A stretch of DNA of 64,000 bases from an uncultured bacterium (GTDB lineage: Bacteria; Patescibacteriota; Minisyncoccia; UBA6257; GWB1-50-10), in the NCBI GenBank assembly GCA_903847915.1, contig CAINEW010000022.1, forward strand, positions 1,268-65,267, read 5' to 3'. Of this stretch, positions 40,135 through 50,147 are shown one piece after another. Under the pieces are notes generated by a model. The model had not been told where the DNA came from. It did no database searches and worked only from the letters and a program-made list of their open reading frames with translations. The position numbers and the translations under genes were made by a program. Numbering within the stretch: position 1 is the stretch's first letter; every line of letters begins with the position of its first letter.

Positions 40135-40971
40135 ATGCAAAAAAGAAGGGTAAAAGGAATAATAACTCTTGTGGTGACATTGATTATTCCTTTATTAGGT
40201 GTAGCAAAAACAAGCCTTCCTCCAACAGTGACAGAAAAAGAAGGCGTCATAACCGTCGATCCTCTTGCGCCCATCGTAACTCTTGAAGAAAAGAAAGACA
40301 TACAGGTCAATCCAAATTGCGACACAAGAATGCTTTTCTGTGCTGATCCCACAATATGGTTTTTAGAGGTGAAAATAAAAAATACAAAACAATTAGCGAT
40401 AGCAGGGACTATTAATTGGGGAAGAGGAGAACAAGATAGTACGCCTTTTCCATGGCATGAGGGGGCAAACATAATTAGAATTCCTTATCCCTATCGCTTA
40501 GTAGATAGTGGTGCCAAAACAATTACAGTAAACCTAAAGAGTGTTGACGAAAAGGGAAATGAACACAGTGCAAATCAAGCCACACAAACTGTCACAATAA
40601 GCCCAAAGAAAGAAAACAAAAACTCAACAATACGTCTTATCGCGCCTAATGGAAAAGAAAGATGGCGCGCGGGAACAACGCATACAATAAGATGGAGCGT
40701 TGAAAAAACGATAAATAAAAATCAAAAAATCTCTCTCCTACTTCTTAAAAGTGACGATACCTCTCAAATACTTTTTGAGAATCTTAAAAACAATGGTACT
40801 CAACAGTGGAAGATCCCTAAAACCATCGCCCCGGGAAATTATACTATCCGTCTCCAGTGCACACTTGAAAATGTTTCATGTGGAGAAGACGTAAGCGACG
40901 CCTCGTTCCAAATCACCGCCCCACTTTCAGGATTGCTCATTGAAGCATTTGAATCCATTTTCGGAAAATAA
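40135..40971 (+). CDS. secreted protein with two Kre9/KNH-like (Ser-Thr-rich GPI-anchored-family-like) Ig domains
   Basis: Signal peptide, then two repeats of the pattern I.W......(K).I.L......TIAPGNYTIRL. Confidence 0.35.
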   Translation: MQKRRVKGIITLVVTLIIPLLGVAKTSLPPTVTEKEGVITVDPLAPIVTLEEKKDIQVNPNCDTRMLFCADPTIWFLEVKIKNTKQLAIAGTINWGRGEQDSTPFPWHEGANIIRIPYPYRLVDSGAKTITVNLKSVDEKGNEHSANQATQTVTISPKKENKNSTIRLIAPNGKERWRAGTTHTIRWSVEKTINKNQKISLLLLKSDDTSQILFENLKNNGTQQWKIPKTIAPGNYTIRLQCTLENVSCGEDVSDASFQITAPLSGLLIEAFESIFGK

Positions 40972-41043
40972 CCCCTACATTAACACAAAACAAAAACAGC
41001 ACATAACACAAGTTGCTGTTTTTGATTGTGTCTTCTATGATGG

Positions 41044-42330
41044 GTGCATATGGCAACAAAAAAGATAACAGCGAAGCGGATGATATTAAAGAATGGGATG
41101 CGAGTCATTGTAGTGCCCCTTAAAGAGAGTTTGGCGACGACGGTGATGGTGCTTGTAGAAGCAGGATCAAAATATGAGCAAAAACGTATCAGCGGAATTT
41201 CTCATTTTTTGGAGCATATGTGTTTCAAGGGCACAGAAAAACGTCCGCGTCCGATTGATATTGCGGGAGAATTGGATGGATTGGGGGCTGAATATAATGC
41301 ATTTACGACAGAAGAGTACACAAGCTATTTTGTAAAAGGAAATAATAATATCGCCTCGCGCGGGTTAGAAATCGTGGCGGATATGTATCTCCACTCCACA
41401 TTCCCCGATGCGGAAATTGAAAAAGAAAAAGGAGTGATTGTAGAAGAGATTAATATGTATGAAGATAACCCACGATGGAAAGTGCAGGAATTGTTTATGA
41501 AATTGGTGTATGGCGATCAGCCCGCAGGATGGGGTGTGGCAGGCAACAAAGAAATGATTAAAAAAATGACACGAGACGACTTTCTTGCCTATCGCAAGCT
41601 ACACTATTGTCCGCAGGCAACGACAATGGTGGTTGCAGGAGGATTTAATGAGCGCGCAATCACAAAGGAAATTGAGCGGTATTTCGGAAGCGTCGCGCGA
41701 AGGAAAAAAGGAGGCAAATTAAAAGTAATTGAAGCGCAAAAAACACCACAGGAAAAAGTCCATTTCAAAGAATCCGACCAAACACATCTTATGATGGGGT
41801 ATCGAGCGTTTAGCGCGCACGACAAACGTCGGTATACACTTGAGGTGCTTGCCAACATTCTTGGGGGCACTATGAGCTCGCGATTATTCCAAGTGATTCG
41901 TGAGGAAATGGGTGCGGCGTATTATGTGAGCGCAGGAACTGATGCCTATTCAGATCACGGGCTTTTGATGATGCGTGCGGGTGTGCAACATGCAAAAGTA
42001 AAAGACGTAATTCGTGCGGGACTTAAAGAATTTCAAAAATTAACGAAAGAAAAAGTAACAAAAGAAGAATTAAATCGCGCGAAAGATAATCTAGTGGGGC
42101 ACCTTTTCCTTTCGCTAGAAACGTCAGACGAAATTGGCTATTACTACGGGGGACAAGAGGTGATGGGAATGAAATTAGAGAATCCATACGATCTTGTAAA
42201 GAAAATAAAAGCGGTCACCGCAGAAGATATCCAAAAAGTTGCAAAAAAGATCATTCGCCCAGAGGGGCTCAATCTCGCAGTTATTGGTCCTTATAAAAAT
42301 ATATCGTTTCGTGATATACTAAAAGGATAA
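41044..42330 (+). CDS. M16 family (insulinase/pitrilysin-like) zinc peptidase
   Basis: Inverted zinc motif HFLEHMCFKGT (HxxEH) with the downstream Glu; 428 aa. Confidence 0.8.
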   Translation: MHMATKKITAKRMILKNGMRVIVVPLKESLATTVMVLVEAGSKYEQKRISGISHFLEHMCFKGTEKRPRPIDIAGELDGLGAEYNAFTTEEYTSYFVKGNNNIASRGLEIVADMYLHSTFPDAEIEKEKGVIVEEINMYEDNPRWKVQELFMKLVYGDQPAGWGVAGNKEMIKKMTRDDFLAYRKLHYCPQATTMVVAGGFNERAITKEIERYFGSVARRKKGGKLKVIEAQKTPQEKVHFKESDQTHLMMGYRAFSAHDKRRYTLEVLANILGGTMSSRLFQVIREEMGAAYYVSAGTDAYSDHGLLMMRAGVQHAKVKDVIRAGLKEFQKLTKEKVTKEELNRAKDNLVGHLFLSLETSDEIGYYYGGQEVMGMKLENPYDLVKKIKAVTAEDIQKVAKKIIRPEGLNLAVIGPYKNISFRDILKG

Positions 42331-42332
42331 TT

Positions 42333-43355
42333 ATGCCGGAACTTCATCGCTTTGATATGAGCTGGCAAACCTTATGGCGCATCGCGATTTTTGGCGCGCT
42401 CATTGTACTCATTCTCACTGCGGGAAAGGTGGTGGGAGTGTTTCTTATTAGTATTGTAGTATCTTTAGGCCTTGATCCTGCAGTAAGTTTTTTAGAGCGG
42501 AATCATATCCCGCGTCTTTTAGGGACATTGATGGTATTTCTTACAGGTATTGTCATCTTTACCGCAATGGTTTATTTTATCATTCCTATAGTCATCAATG
42601 AATTAGGTGGATTTTTGAGTCATTTTAATCAAGCGCTCTCGTCATTTGTGAACACAGATATTTCAAAGGCAACACTCAAAGATTTACAAATGAATTATCA
42701 ATCAGTGATGAGTACATTGTCGTTTGCAGGAACATCAGTGGGTGTGGCAGTAAGTACAGTAGCGGCAAAGCTTATTTTCATTCTCGCTGCATTTCTTGTT
42801 TCTTTTTATCTTACAGTAGAAAAAAATGGGCCCGAACGGTTATTAAAAATTATTTTACCGAATTCCTACGAGCATCCCGTGATGAGTGTGTTTGAGCAAT
42901 TTAAATTAAAAATCCGTTATTGGTTTGCCGCGCAACTTGCGATGAGCGTAGTGGTGGGACTTATTGTGGGGATAGGAATGTGGGTATTGGGTGTGCGCTA
43001 TGCGATTATTTTAGGATTGCTTGCAGGCATTTTTGAAATTGTGCCAATGATTGGCCCGATTATCACTGGCGTGGCCGCGTTTGTGATTGCCGTGTCAGAT
43101 TCATTTTCATTGGGATTGTACGCGGTTATTTTCTTTATGGTAGTGCAACAAGTAGAAAATCACCTTCTCCTTCCTTTAGTGATGGGGAAATCAATGAAAG
43201 TGCATCCAGTCGTTGTGATTATCGCGCTTCTTGCGGGAGGAGAAATTGCCGGTCTTATCGGAGTCGTGCTTGCGGTGCCCATTGCAGTGCTTGCACAAGA
43301 GTCATTCAACTACCTCTCTGAAGCAAAAAACGCAAAGCCAGCGTTAGGAATTTAA
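42333..43355 (+). CDS. AI-2E family transporter (UPF0118/PerM-like)
   Basis: 340 aa, seven or eight TM helices, family-typical C-terminal GxxGxxLAVPI motif (IAGLIGVVLAVPIAV). Confidence 0.7.
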   Translation: MPELHRFDMSWQTLWRIAIFGALIVLILTAGKVVGVFLISIVVSLGLDPAVSFLERNHIPRLLGTLMVFLTGIVIFTAMVYFIIPIVINELGGFLSHFNQALSSFVNTDISKATLKDLQMNYQSVMSTLSFAGTSVGVAVSTVAAKLIFILAAFLVSFYLTVEKNGPERLLKIILPNSYEHPVMSVFEQFKLKIRYWFAAQLAMSVVVGLIVGIGMWVLGVRYAIILGLLAGIFEIVPMIGPIITGVAAFVIAVSDSFSLGLYAVIFFMVVQQVENHLLLPLVMGKSMKVHPVVVIIALLAGGEIAGLIGVVLAVPIAVLAQESFNYLSEAKNAKPALGI

Positions 43356-43375
43356 AAAATAAGAAATGAAAGGAT

Positions 43376-43412
43376 AAAAACAGCAAAATCATAAATTGCT
43401 GTTTTTTGTTAT
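43376..43412 (+). terminator. rho-independent terminator (AACAGCAA...TTGCTGTT + T-run)
   Basis: An 8-bp stem followed by a T-run. The sequence is related to the terminator at 40995-41026 (AACAGCAC...TTGCTGTTTTT). Confidence 0.6.
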
Positions 43413-43430
43413 CTGCGGTAGGATTTTGAT

Positions 43431-44894
43431 ATGGAAAAAGAGAAATATTACATTACGACCACTCTCCCTTACGTAAATGCAAAGCCACATATGGGGCATG
43501 CACTTGAATTTGTGCAAGCAGATGTGATTGCGCGTTATCACACATCATTAAACAAAGAGGTGTTCTTTAACACGGGTACGGACGAACACGGACAAAAAAT
43601 CTATGAAAAAGCGTTAGAGGAAAAAAAGTATCCGCAGGCATATTGTGATGAGTATGCAGAAAAGTTTAAGGTTATTCTGAATAAACTCACTATTTTCCCC
43701 AACATCCATTTTATTCGTACGACCGATTCTCATCATATAAGTGCAGCACAGGAGTTTTGGGATCGATGTAAAAAAAATGGCGATATCTATAAAAAGGTAT
43801 ATGCGGTCAAATATTGCGTGGGATGCGAATTAGAAAAAACGGATTCTGAATTAAATGACGAAGGAAAATGTTCAGTGCATCCTAATCTTCTACTTCAACA
43901 CATTGAAGAGGAAAATTATTTTTTCCGATTTTCAAAATATCAAAAACCACTGTTAGATTTATATACACGTTACTCTGATTTTGTAGTACCCACACATCGT
44001 CTTACTGAAATAAGAAACTTTGTAGAATCAGGGCTTCAAGATTTTAGCATCTCGCGTTTAAAATCAAAAATGCCGTGGGGGATTCCTGTGCCGGGCGATG
44101 AGGATCATGTGATGTATGTGTGGTTTGACGCACTCATCAACTACATTTCTACGTTGGGATGGCCCCAAAATATAGGCAATTTTGAGGAATTTTGGGGGGC
44201 ATCCGACACGCCACGTGCGGTGCAAATTGCAGGAAAAGACAATCTCCGCCAGCAGTCAGCGATGTGGCAGGCAATGCTCCTCTCTGCAGGGCTTCCTCCC
44301 TCGCGCCAGATTATTATTCATGGATTTATCACAAGTGGGGGGCAGAAAATGAGTAAAAGCTTGGGTAATGTGATTGATCCATTAGCACTTGTGGAAGAAT
44401 ATGGCACAGACGCCTTGAGATATTATTTGTTGCGTGAAATAAGTCCTTTTGAGGATGGTGATTTTACTATAGAGAAATTTAGAGAAAGCTATAATGCACA
44501 TCTTGCAAACGGATTAGGTAATTTAGTAAGTCGTGTAATCACACTTGCACGTAATAACAACATTTATCTTACCGAGGAATTATTAAGAAAAGAAAAAGAT
44601 GTATTTATTGAACAATACAATAAAAGTTTAGAATCATATGAATTTAAAAAAGCAATGGATGTAATATGGAGTATCATCGAAGAGGCGAATCTGTTCATTA
44701 CTCAAACCGAACCGTTTAAGACAATAAAGACAGATCCCGAAAAGGCACAAAAAGATATTCTCCGACTACTTTCTGATATAGAAATAATAGGGCGACTATT
44801 AAGTCCGCTTCTCCCTTGTACTAGCACACATATATTAGAGTTAGTGAGAAACAAAGATAGCGCCCTTACAAGTCTTTTCCCTCGATTAGGTTAA
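43431..44894 (+). CDS. metG: methionine--tRNA ligase (short form)
   Basis: PYVNAKPHMGHALE (HIGH), zinc knuckle CVGCELE...CSVH, and KMSKSLGN. Confidence 0.9.
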   Translation: MEKEKYYITTTLPYVNAKPHMGHALEFVQADVIARYHTSLNKEVFFNTGTDEHGQKIYEKALEEKKYPQAYCDEYAEKFKVILNKLTIFPNIHFIRTTDSHHISAAQEFWDRCKKNGDIYKKVYAVKYCVGCELEKTDSELNDEGKCSVHPNLLLQHIEEENYFFRFSKYQKPLLDLYTRYSDFVVPTHRLTEIRNFVESGLQDFSISRLKSKMPWGIPVPGDEDHVMYVWFDALINYISTLGWPQNIGNFEEFWGASDTPRAVQIAGKDNLRQQSAMWQAMLLSAGLPPSRQIIIHGFITSGGQKMSKSLGNVIDPLALVEEYGTDALRYYLLREISPFEDGDFTIEKFRESYNAHLANGLGNLVSRVITLARNNNIYLTEELLRKEKDVFIEQYNKSLESYEFKKAMDVIWSIIEEANLFITQTEPFKTIKTDPEKAQKDILRLLSDIEIIGRLLSPLLPCTSTHILELVRNKDSALTSLFPRLG

Positions 44895-44977
44895 TATGAA
44901 AAATATCACGTTTTTTGACGCGCATATTTACCCCATGAGAAACGAAGTTTCTAGCGGGGCGCACGAAAAATATTCTT

Positions 44978-45892
44978 ATGTTTATTGATTGTCATACCCA
45001 CATCCAGTTTCCCGTATACGATGAAGATCGCAAAGAAGTAATACAGCGTGCATTAAATGCGAGTGTGGGGATGATTAATGTGGGTACCCAGAAAGACACT
45101 TCACGGAAAGCAGTGGAATTAGCACACGAGTATGAAAATGAATCAATCTATGCGACTGTAGGGTTTCATCCATGCCACGTCGTGCCGTCTGATTTTCACG
45201 ACGCAGAAGAATTAGAAAGTGATGAAGCGCCAGATGGAGCATTTGATTATGAGTATTACAAAAAACTTGCGCTTGATCCTAAAGTCGTTGCAATAGGGGA
45301 ATGTGGATTAGATTATTTCAGGATAGAGTCAGAAAAATTAGAAAGCGTAAAAAAGAAACAAGAGGAGATTTTTCTCCAACAGATTCGGTTAGCGCATGAA
45401 GTCAAAAAACCACTCATGATTCATTGCCGCTCAGGTATTCCGGAGCGAGCCTCGCCTCAAAATGAGGCGGGCAGAGATGCATTTTCCGATCTGATTGATA
45501 TCCTCATCTCTCATCGCTCACTTCTCACTCCACATTCTGGCATCATCCATTTTTTTACGGGGACTAAAGAAGATGCGCAACGATTACTAGAATTAGGATT
45601 TTCGTTTACATTTGGTGGGGCAATCACCTACGAGTATAAAGAGGGGAAAGGCGTGAATTACGCGGAGCTTATAAGATATATTCCCTTAGATAAAATTCTC
45701 TCCGAAACCGATGCGCCGTATGTGGCTCCTGTGCCCTATAGAGGAAAGCGCAATGAGCCCGCATATGTGATAGAAGTAGTTAAAAAAATAGCAGAAATAA
45801 AAAATATACCATTAGAGCAAATATCTCAGCAGATTTTAGAGAATACACACATATTTTTGAATAGAGGTTCATCGAAAACGGAGTTTTACTGA
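44978..45892 (+). CDS. tatD: TatD family hydrolase
   Basis: Begins MFIDCHTHIQF and has later metal-binding His/Glu/Asp residues; 304 aa with an acidic insertion. Confidence 0.8.
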   Translation: MFIDCHTHIQFPVYDEDRKEVIQRALNASVGMINVGTQKDTSRKAVELAHEYENESIYATVGFHPCHVVPSDFHDAEELESDEAPDGAFDYEYYKKLALDPKVVAIGECGLDYFRIESEKLESVKKKQEEIFLQQIRLAHEVKKPLMIHCRSGIPERASPQNEAGRDAFSDLIDILISHRSLLTPHSGIIHFFTGTKEDAQRLLELGFSFTFGGAITYEYKEGKGVNYAELIRYIPLDKILSETDAPYVAPVPYRGKRNEPAYVIEVVKKIAEIKNIPLEQISQQILENTHIFLNRGSSKTEFY

Positions 45893-45928
45893 CCTTCATA
45901 TATATGCTTAAAGGACAATATATATACT

Positions 45929-45957
45929 TGTCATAAAATCATCTATTGTGTTATACT
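45929..45957 (+). promoter_or_regulatory. sigma70-type promoter (TTGTCA ... TATACT) for the 46011 ORF
   Basis: -35 TTGTCA at 45929-45934 and -10 TATACT about 17 nt later; RBS AAAGGA precedes the ATG. Confidence 0.5.
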
Positions 45958-46010
45958 AGAGAAAGCTAATAGTTGCTAAATTCCGTTCACAATTTAAATA
46001 AAAGGATTTT

Positions 46011-46448
46011 ATGGAAAGCGAAATATTGCTGAGAGTTGACCATTCCTGCTCCCTATACAGCATAACAAAAAAAAGTAAATATTGTTTGATAAATATAAGT
46101 GACAGTATTGCTAAAAAAATTTTTCCTATCAACCCCGATCTATCTGGAGATGTAAAAGCTAAGATTTTCCATTTCGACAAAATAATGACTTCTGAACAAG
46201 TTATTATTGAAATGAAAAAGGATGGATGGATTCCTGCAGAAGCGCCACATCTTTTTGCGTTTAGTCTTTTTTCTAATATACCAGCTATTGCGCTCGGTTC
46301 AACAGAGAAACACCCATTTAATTGTAACCGACCATGCGTTTTCGTATTCAACAATATGGATGGGGAGCGTAGGATTTGGTTGAATTTCTCCGATCAAGGT
46401 TGGGCGTCTCACTGCAATTTCCTTGCGGTGCAAGCCCCTAGTTTTTAA
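46011..46448 (+). CDS. hypothetical protein (AT-rich locus)
   Basis: 145-aa ORF with its own promoter, RBS and a terminator at 46452-46486. Preferred over the overlapping minus-strand ORF 45956-46354. Confidence 0.5.
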   Translation: MESEILLRVDHSCSLYSITKKSKYCLINISDSIAKKIFPINPDLSGDVKAKIFHFDKIMTSEQVIIEMKKDGWIPAEAPHLFAFSLFSNIPAIALGSTEKHPFNCNRPCVFVFNNMDGERRIWLNFSDQGWASHCNFLAVQAPSF

Positions 46449-46564
46449 TCGAAAACCCATTTCAGTATTGAAGTGGGTTTTTTGTTGTCCTACAAAAACC
46501 ATGAATAAAAATTCATAAAGGTTTATTTTCAAAACTCTGATTTTAGGATAGTATAGGAATATCA

Positions 46565-49000
46565 ATGAAAAAATACGATTTTACTAAAATTGAGAAAAAG
46601 TGGCAAAAAGCGTGGCAAACGAAAAAAGTGTATGAGCCCTCCTTCGTTAAAACTTCGGCGGGCAAGCCCTCCCTAAAAAAATCTAAAAAACCATTTTATA
46701 ACCTTATGATGTTCCCGTACCCCTCCGCCGAAGGGCTTCATGTGGGGAATATGTATGCGTTTACCGGTTCGGATATCTATGGGCGCATGAAGCGAATGCA
46801 AGGGCACGATGTGTTTGAACCCATCGGATTAGATGGATTCGGCATTCATTCAGAAAACTATGCGTTGAAAATCGGCACGCATCCGGCAAAACAGGCAAAA
46901 ATCTCAGAAAAGCGATTTTATAAGCAACTTGAGGCAATCGGGAATGGCTTTGCATGGAATGAACGATTAGAAACTTACGATCCCGAATACTACCAATGGA
47001 CGCAGTGGGTATTTATTCAACTTTGGAAACAAGGGCTCGTATATCGTAAAAAGCAGGCGGTCAATTGGTGCCCAAGTTGCAAAACAGTACTTGCTGACGA
47101 ACAAGTTGTCAATAATAAATGTGAGCGATGTTCAAGTGAAGTTATTCAAAAGGAATTAGAGCAGTGGTTTTTTAAAATTACAGAATATGCGGAAAAATTA
47201 TTAAAGAATTTAGACATGATTGATTGGAGCGAGAAGATAAAGATTGCTCAACGAAATTGGATTGGAAAATCCGAAGGGGCACTCATTGAGTTTCCGATCT
47301 CTGAAATCCGATCTCTGAAATCCGATATTCGACCTCCGATATCTGTCTTTACTACTCGTCCTGATACTATTTTTGGCGTCACCTTTTTAGTGGTTTCTCC
47401 GGAATATGCACAACAATGGATAAAAAGCGGGTGGAATCCGAGCGATGAGATAAAAAAATATATTGCAACCGCATTAAAAAATCGAAACAATCATGATGAG
47501 AAAAAAGAAAAAACAGGCGTGTTTTCTGGTTTTTCTGCGATTAATCCCGCGAATAAAGAAAAAATCCCTGTATGGATTTCTGATTATGTACTCCCAGGAT
47601 ATGGTACGGGTGCCATTATGGCCGTGCCCGCACATGATGAACGTGATCATGAATTTGCAGAAAAATTTCATTTGCCCGTATCTCACGCGCCACTCGTGTC
47701 ATTTGATGAAGGAGTACAAAAAAGCGGAGGGAAAAAACACACACAATATCGTTTGCGGGATTGGTTAATTTCTCGTCAACGGTATTGGGGGGCACCCATT
47801 CCGATGATTTTTTGTGCAAATTGTGCAAACAATAAGAAAGGAGAACAGAAAGGAATGGAAGGATGGTATGCGGTGCCCGAAAAAAATCTGCCAGTGAAAT
47901 TGCCGAATGTAAAAGATTTTCGTCCACAAGGAAAAGGGGAGTCGCCCCTCGCATCCGCAAAAAGTTTTTATGAAACGAAATGTCCACATTGTGGAGAAAA
48001 CGCACGACGTGAGACAGATGTATCGGATACGTTCTTAGATTCTGCGTGGTACTATCTCGCCTATGTAGGAAAGAAGAATTCGAAATTCGAAATTCGAAAT
48101 TCGAATTTTAAGCATCTCGCGCACAAATGGTTACCAGTGCATATGTACATCGGCGGTGCAGAGCACTCCGTACTCCATTTACTCTATTCTCGCTTTGTGG
48201 CGATGGCGCTGCATGATGCGGAGCACATTGATTTTGATGAACCCTTCACGAAATTTCGTGCCCACGGACTTTTGATTAAAGAAGGCGCAAAGATGTCTAA
48301 ATCAAAGGGAAATGTGGTAAATCCCGACGAATATATTAAAAAATTCGGTGCCGATGCATTGCGTATGTATTTGATGTTTTTGGCGCCGTTTGAGCAAGGA
48401 GGTGATTTCCGCGATGCGGGGATTTTGGGTGTCGTGCGATTTTTAGATAGAGTGTGGAAACTTTACACACGAATATCCACGAATAGAAGCGCGAATAATA
48501 CGAATAGCATTCGTGAAATAAGTGGGCAAATTAGTGAGTATTCGCGATTGTTGCACCGCACTATAAAAAAGGTAACAGACGATATTGAAAATTTGCAATA
48601 TAATACCGCGATCAGCGCGCTTATGATTTTTTTGAATGAAATGGAAAAAAATAAAGAACAGCAAGATTTAAAAAGTGTACTTATATTTCTCCAATTACTC
48701 GCGCCGTTTGCGCCTCATATTACAGAAGAATTGTGGTGTTCATTAGGGAAAAAGTCGTCTATTCATCTTTCTGAATGGCCTAACTACGACGAGAATGCTA
48801 TTCAAGAAGAATCAAAAACAGTAGTAGTGCAGGTCAATGGAAAACATCGGAGCACGCTCACTATAACACTCACCTCATCTCAAAAAGAGATTGAACAAAT
48901 AGCATGTGAAGATGCTCGTGTAAAAAGTGTATTAGAAGGGAAAAGTATAAAAAAAGTGATTTACATTCCGTTCAAAGTAATCAATTTTGTGACAGATTAG
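46565..49000 (+). CDS. leuS: leucine--tRNA ligase
   Basis: PYPSAEGLHVGNMY (HIGH-like), a CP1 editing domain, KMSKSKGN; 811 aa. Contains two in-frame tandem-repeat insertions (47281-47340, 48075-48105). Confidence 0.9.
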   Translation: MKKYDFTKIEKKWQKAWQTKKVYEPSFVKTSAGKPSLKKSKKPFYNLMMFPYPSAEGLHVGNMYAFTGSDIYGRMKRMQGHDVFEPIGLDGFGIHSENYALKIGTHPAKQAKISEKRFYKQLEAIGNGFAWNERLETYDPEYYQWTQWVFIQLWKQGLVYRKKQAVNWCPSCKTVLADEQVVNNKCERCSSEVIQKELEQWFFKITEYAEKLLKNLDMIDWSEKIKIAQRNWIGKSEGALIEFPISEIRSLKSDIRPPISVFTTRPDTIFGVTFLVVSPEYAQQWIKSGWNPSDEIKKYIATALKNRNNHDEKKEKTGVFSGFSAINPANKEKIPVWISDYVLPGYGTGAIMAVPAHDERDHEFAEKFHLPVSHAPLVSFDEGVQKSGGKKHTQYRLRDWLISRQRYWGAPIPMIFCANCANNKKGEQKGMEGWYAVPEKNLPVKLPNVKDFRPQGKGESPLASAKSFYETKCPHCGENARRETDVSDTFLDSAWYYLAYVGKKNSKFEIRNSNFKHLAHKWLPVHMYIGGAEHSVLHLLYSRFVAMALHDAEHIDFDEPFTKFRAHGLLIKEGAKMSKSKGNVVNPDEYIKKFGADALRMYLMFLAPFEQGGDFRDAGILGVVRFLDRVWKLYTRISTNRSANNTNSIREISGQISEYSRLLHRTIKKVTDDIENLQYNTAISALMIFLNEMEKNKEQQDLKSVLIFLQLLAPFAPHITEELWCSLGKKSSIHLSEWPNYDENAIQEESKTVVVQVNGKHRSTLTITLTSSQKEIEQIACEDARVKSVLEGKSIKKVIYIPFKVINFVTD

Positions 49001-49040
49001 ATTGTTCAGGGACTAATGAATAAAGTACAATAAATCACAT

Positions 49041-49955
49041 ATGCTCAAAACCATTCTTATTCTTCTCGCAATACTTATTATAGGAACGACGCTCTATGTA
49101 GTAATCAGTCAGGTGGTCACAAAAGTGGATTGGAAGCATATTAGCAGTTTTTTCACTATTTCTTCTCCATTGCGCTACACGCAATTTGATCAAAATCCCG
49201 CAACACGTGCTACCACGCTCCAAAACAACACATCTTCTCAAAACACACATAAAGAGCCACTTCCTGAACCGCCCTACGGATTCACATTGAGTGACCTCTC
49301 TCCTTTCTACAACAAGATAACAATAAGTTCATTCTCGCAATCTTACGATCAATACTATCCGAGTATAGTCTCGCTCCGTGTGCAGGGGGCAGTGAAAGAA
49401 GGAATCAATATAAGTGGATGGACAATCAAAGGAAAAAGAGGAGGCATGCTTACGCTCCCAAAAGGAGTGAAAGATTTTTCGGTCGGGGGGTATAACAAAG
49501 AAGAAAATATTACAATCAAAGAAGGGGAGTATATTACTGCTTCAAGCGCACGGAGTCCTGTGAATACAAACTTTCTTTTAAATGAATGTACGGGATATCT
49601 TAACGCAATGTATACATTCGTCCCCTCGCTTGGGGGGTCATGTCCCTCGTTTGATACGCGCGTTATCTCTAACTTCGGAGGCGCATGTCAGAGTTTTGCA
49701 CAATCAATGGGAGGATGTCGCGTGCCCACTTCAGAAGAATTAAATCGTTTTACGCTCCCGGAAGATGTCGCCTGCCACACTTTTTTAACCAACATTAATT
49801 ATGCAGGATGTTATCGCACACATCGCAACGACTCTAACTTTTTTGGAAAAGAATGGCGCGTATGGCTCAATACGCCATTTAACTTTAATCGCGACCACGA
49901 TCGCATATTTCTCTACGACAATAATGGTTTGATTGTAGACGAATACGCATACTAA
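49041..49955 (+). CDS. membrane-anchored protein with possible lamin-tail (LTD) domain
   Basis: N-terminal TM helix. The segment ITISSFSQSYDQYYPSIVSLRVQGAVKEGINISGWTIKGKRG resembles the LTD motif (LSGW). Confidence 0.35.
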   Translation: MLKTILILLAILIIGTTLYVVISQVVTKVDWKHISSFFTISSPLRYTQFDQNPATRATTLQNNTSSQNTHKEPLPEPPYGFTLSDLSPFYNKITISSFSQSYDQYYPSIVSLRVQGAVKEGINISGWTIKGKRGGMLTLPKGVKDFSVGGYNKEENITIKEGEYITASSARSPVNTNFLLNECTGYLNAMYTFVPSLGGSCPSFDTRVISNFGGACQSFAQSMGGCRVPTSEELNRFTLPEDVACHTFLTNINYAGCYRTHRNDSNFFGKEWRVWLNTPFNFNRDHDRIFLYDNNGLIVDEYAY

Positions 49956-49974
49956 TAAGATAAAAATAGAAAAA

Positions 49975-50006
49975 TAAAAAAGAGCTCATAATATACGAGC
50001 TCTTTT
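49975..50006. terminator. bidirectional terminator (AAGAGCTC-ATAATATAC-GAGCTCTT)
   Basis: Perfect 8-bp stem flanked by A-runs and T-runs on both sides. Confidence 0.6.
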
Positions 50007-50147
50007 TCAGTGATTGCAATTGTTATTCAAAAACCATCATTATTCCTTGCTAATTACTACGATATTACTATCCCGACGCGCATTGCGGTCGGGACTCCGA
50101 CCTCTTTGAAGCGTCGGAGTTGAATTACCACTAAATTACTATGTTAT

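Noticed and set aside
45956-46354. 132-aa minus-strand ORF overlapping the 46011-46448(+) ORF
   Set aside because: The plus-strand ORF has a recognisable promoter, RBS and terminator. The minus-strand translation looks non-protein-like.
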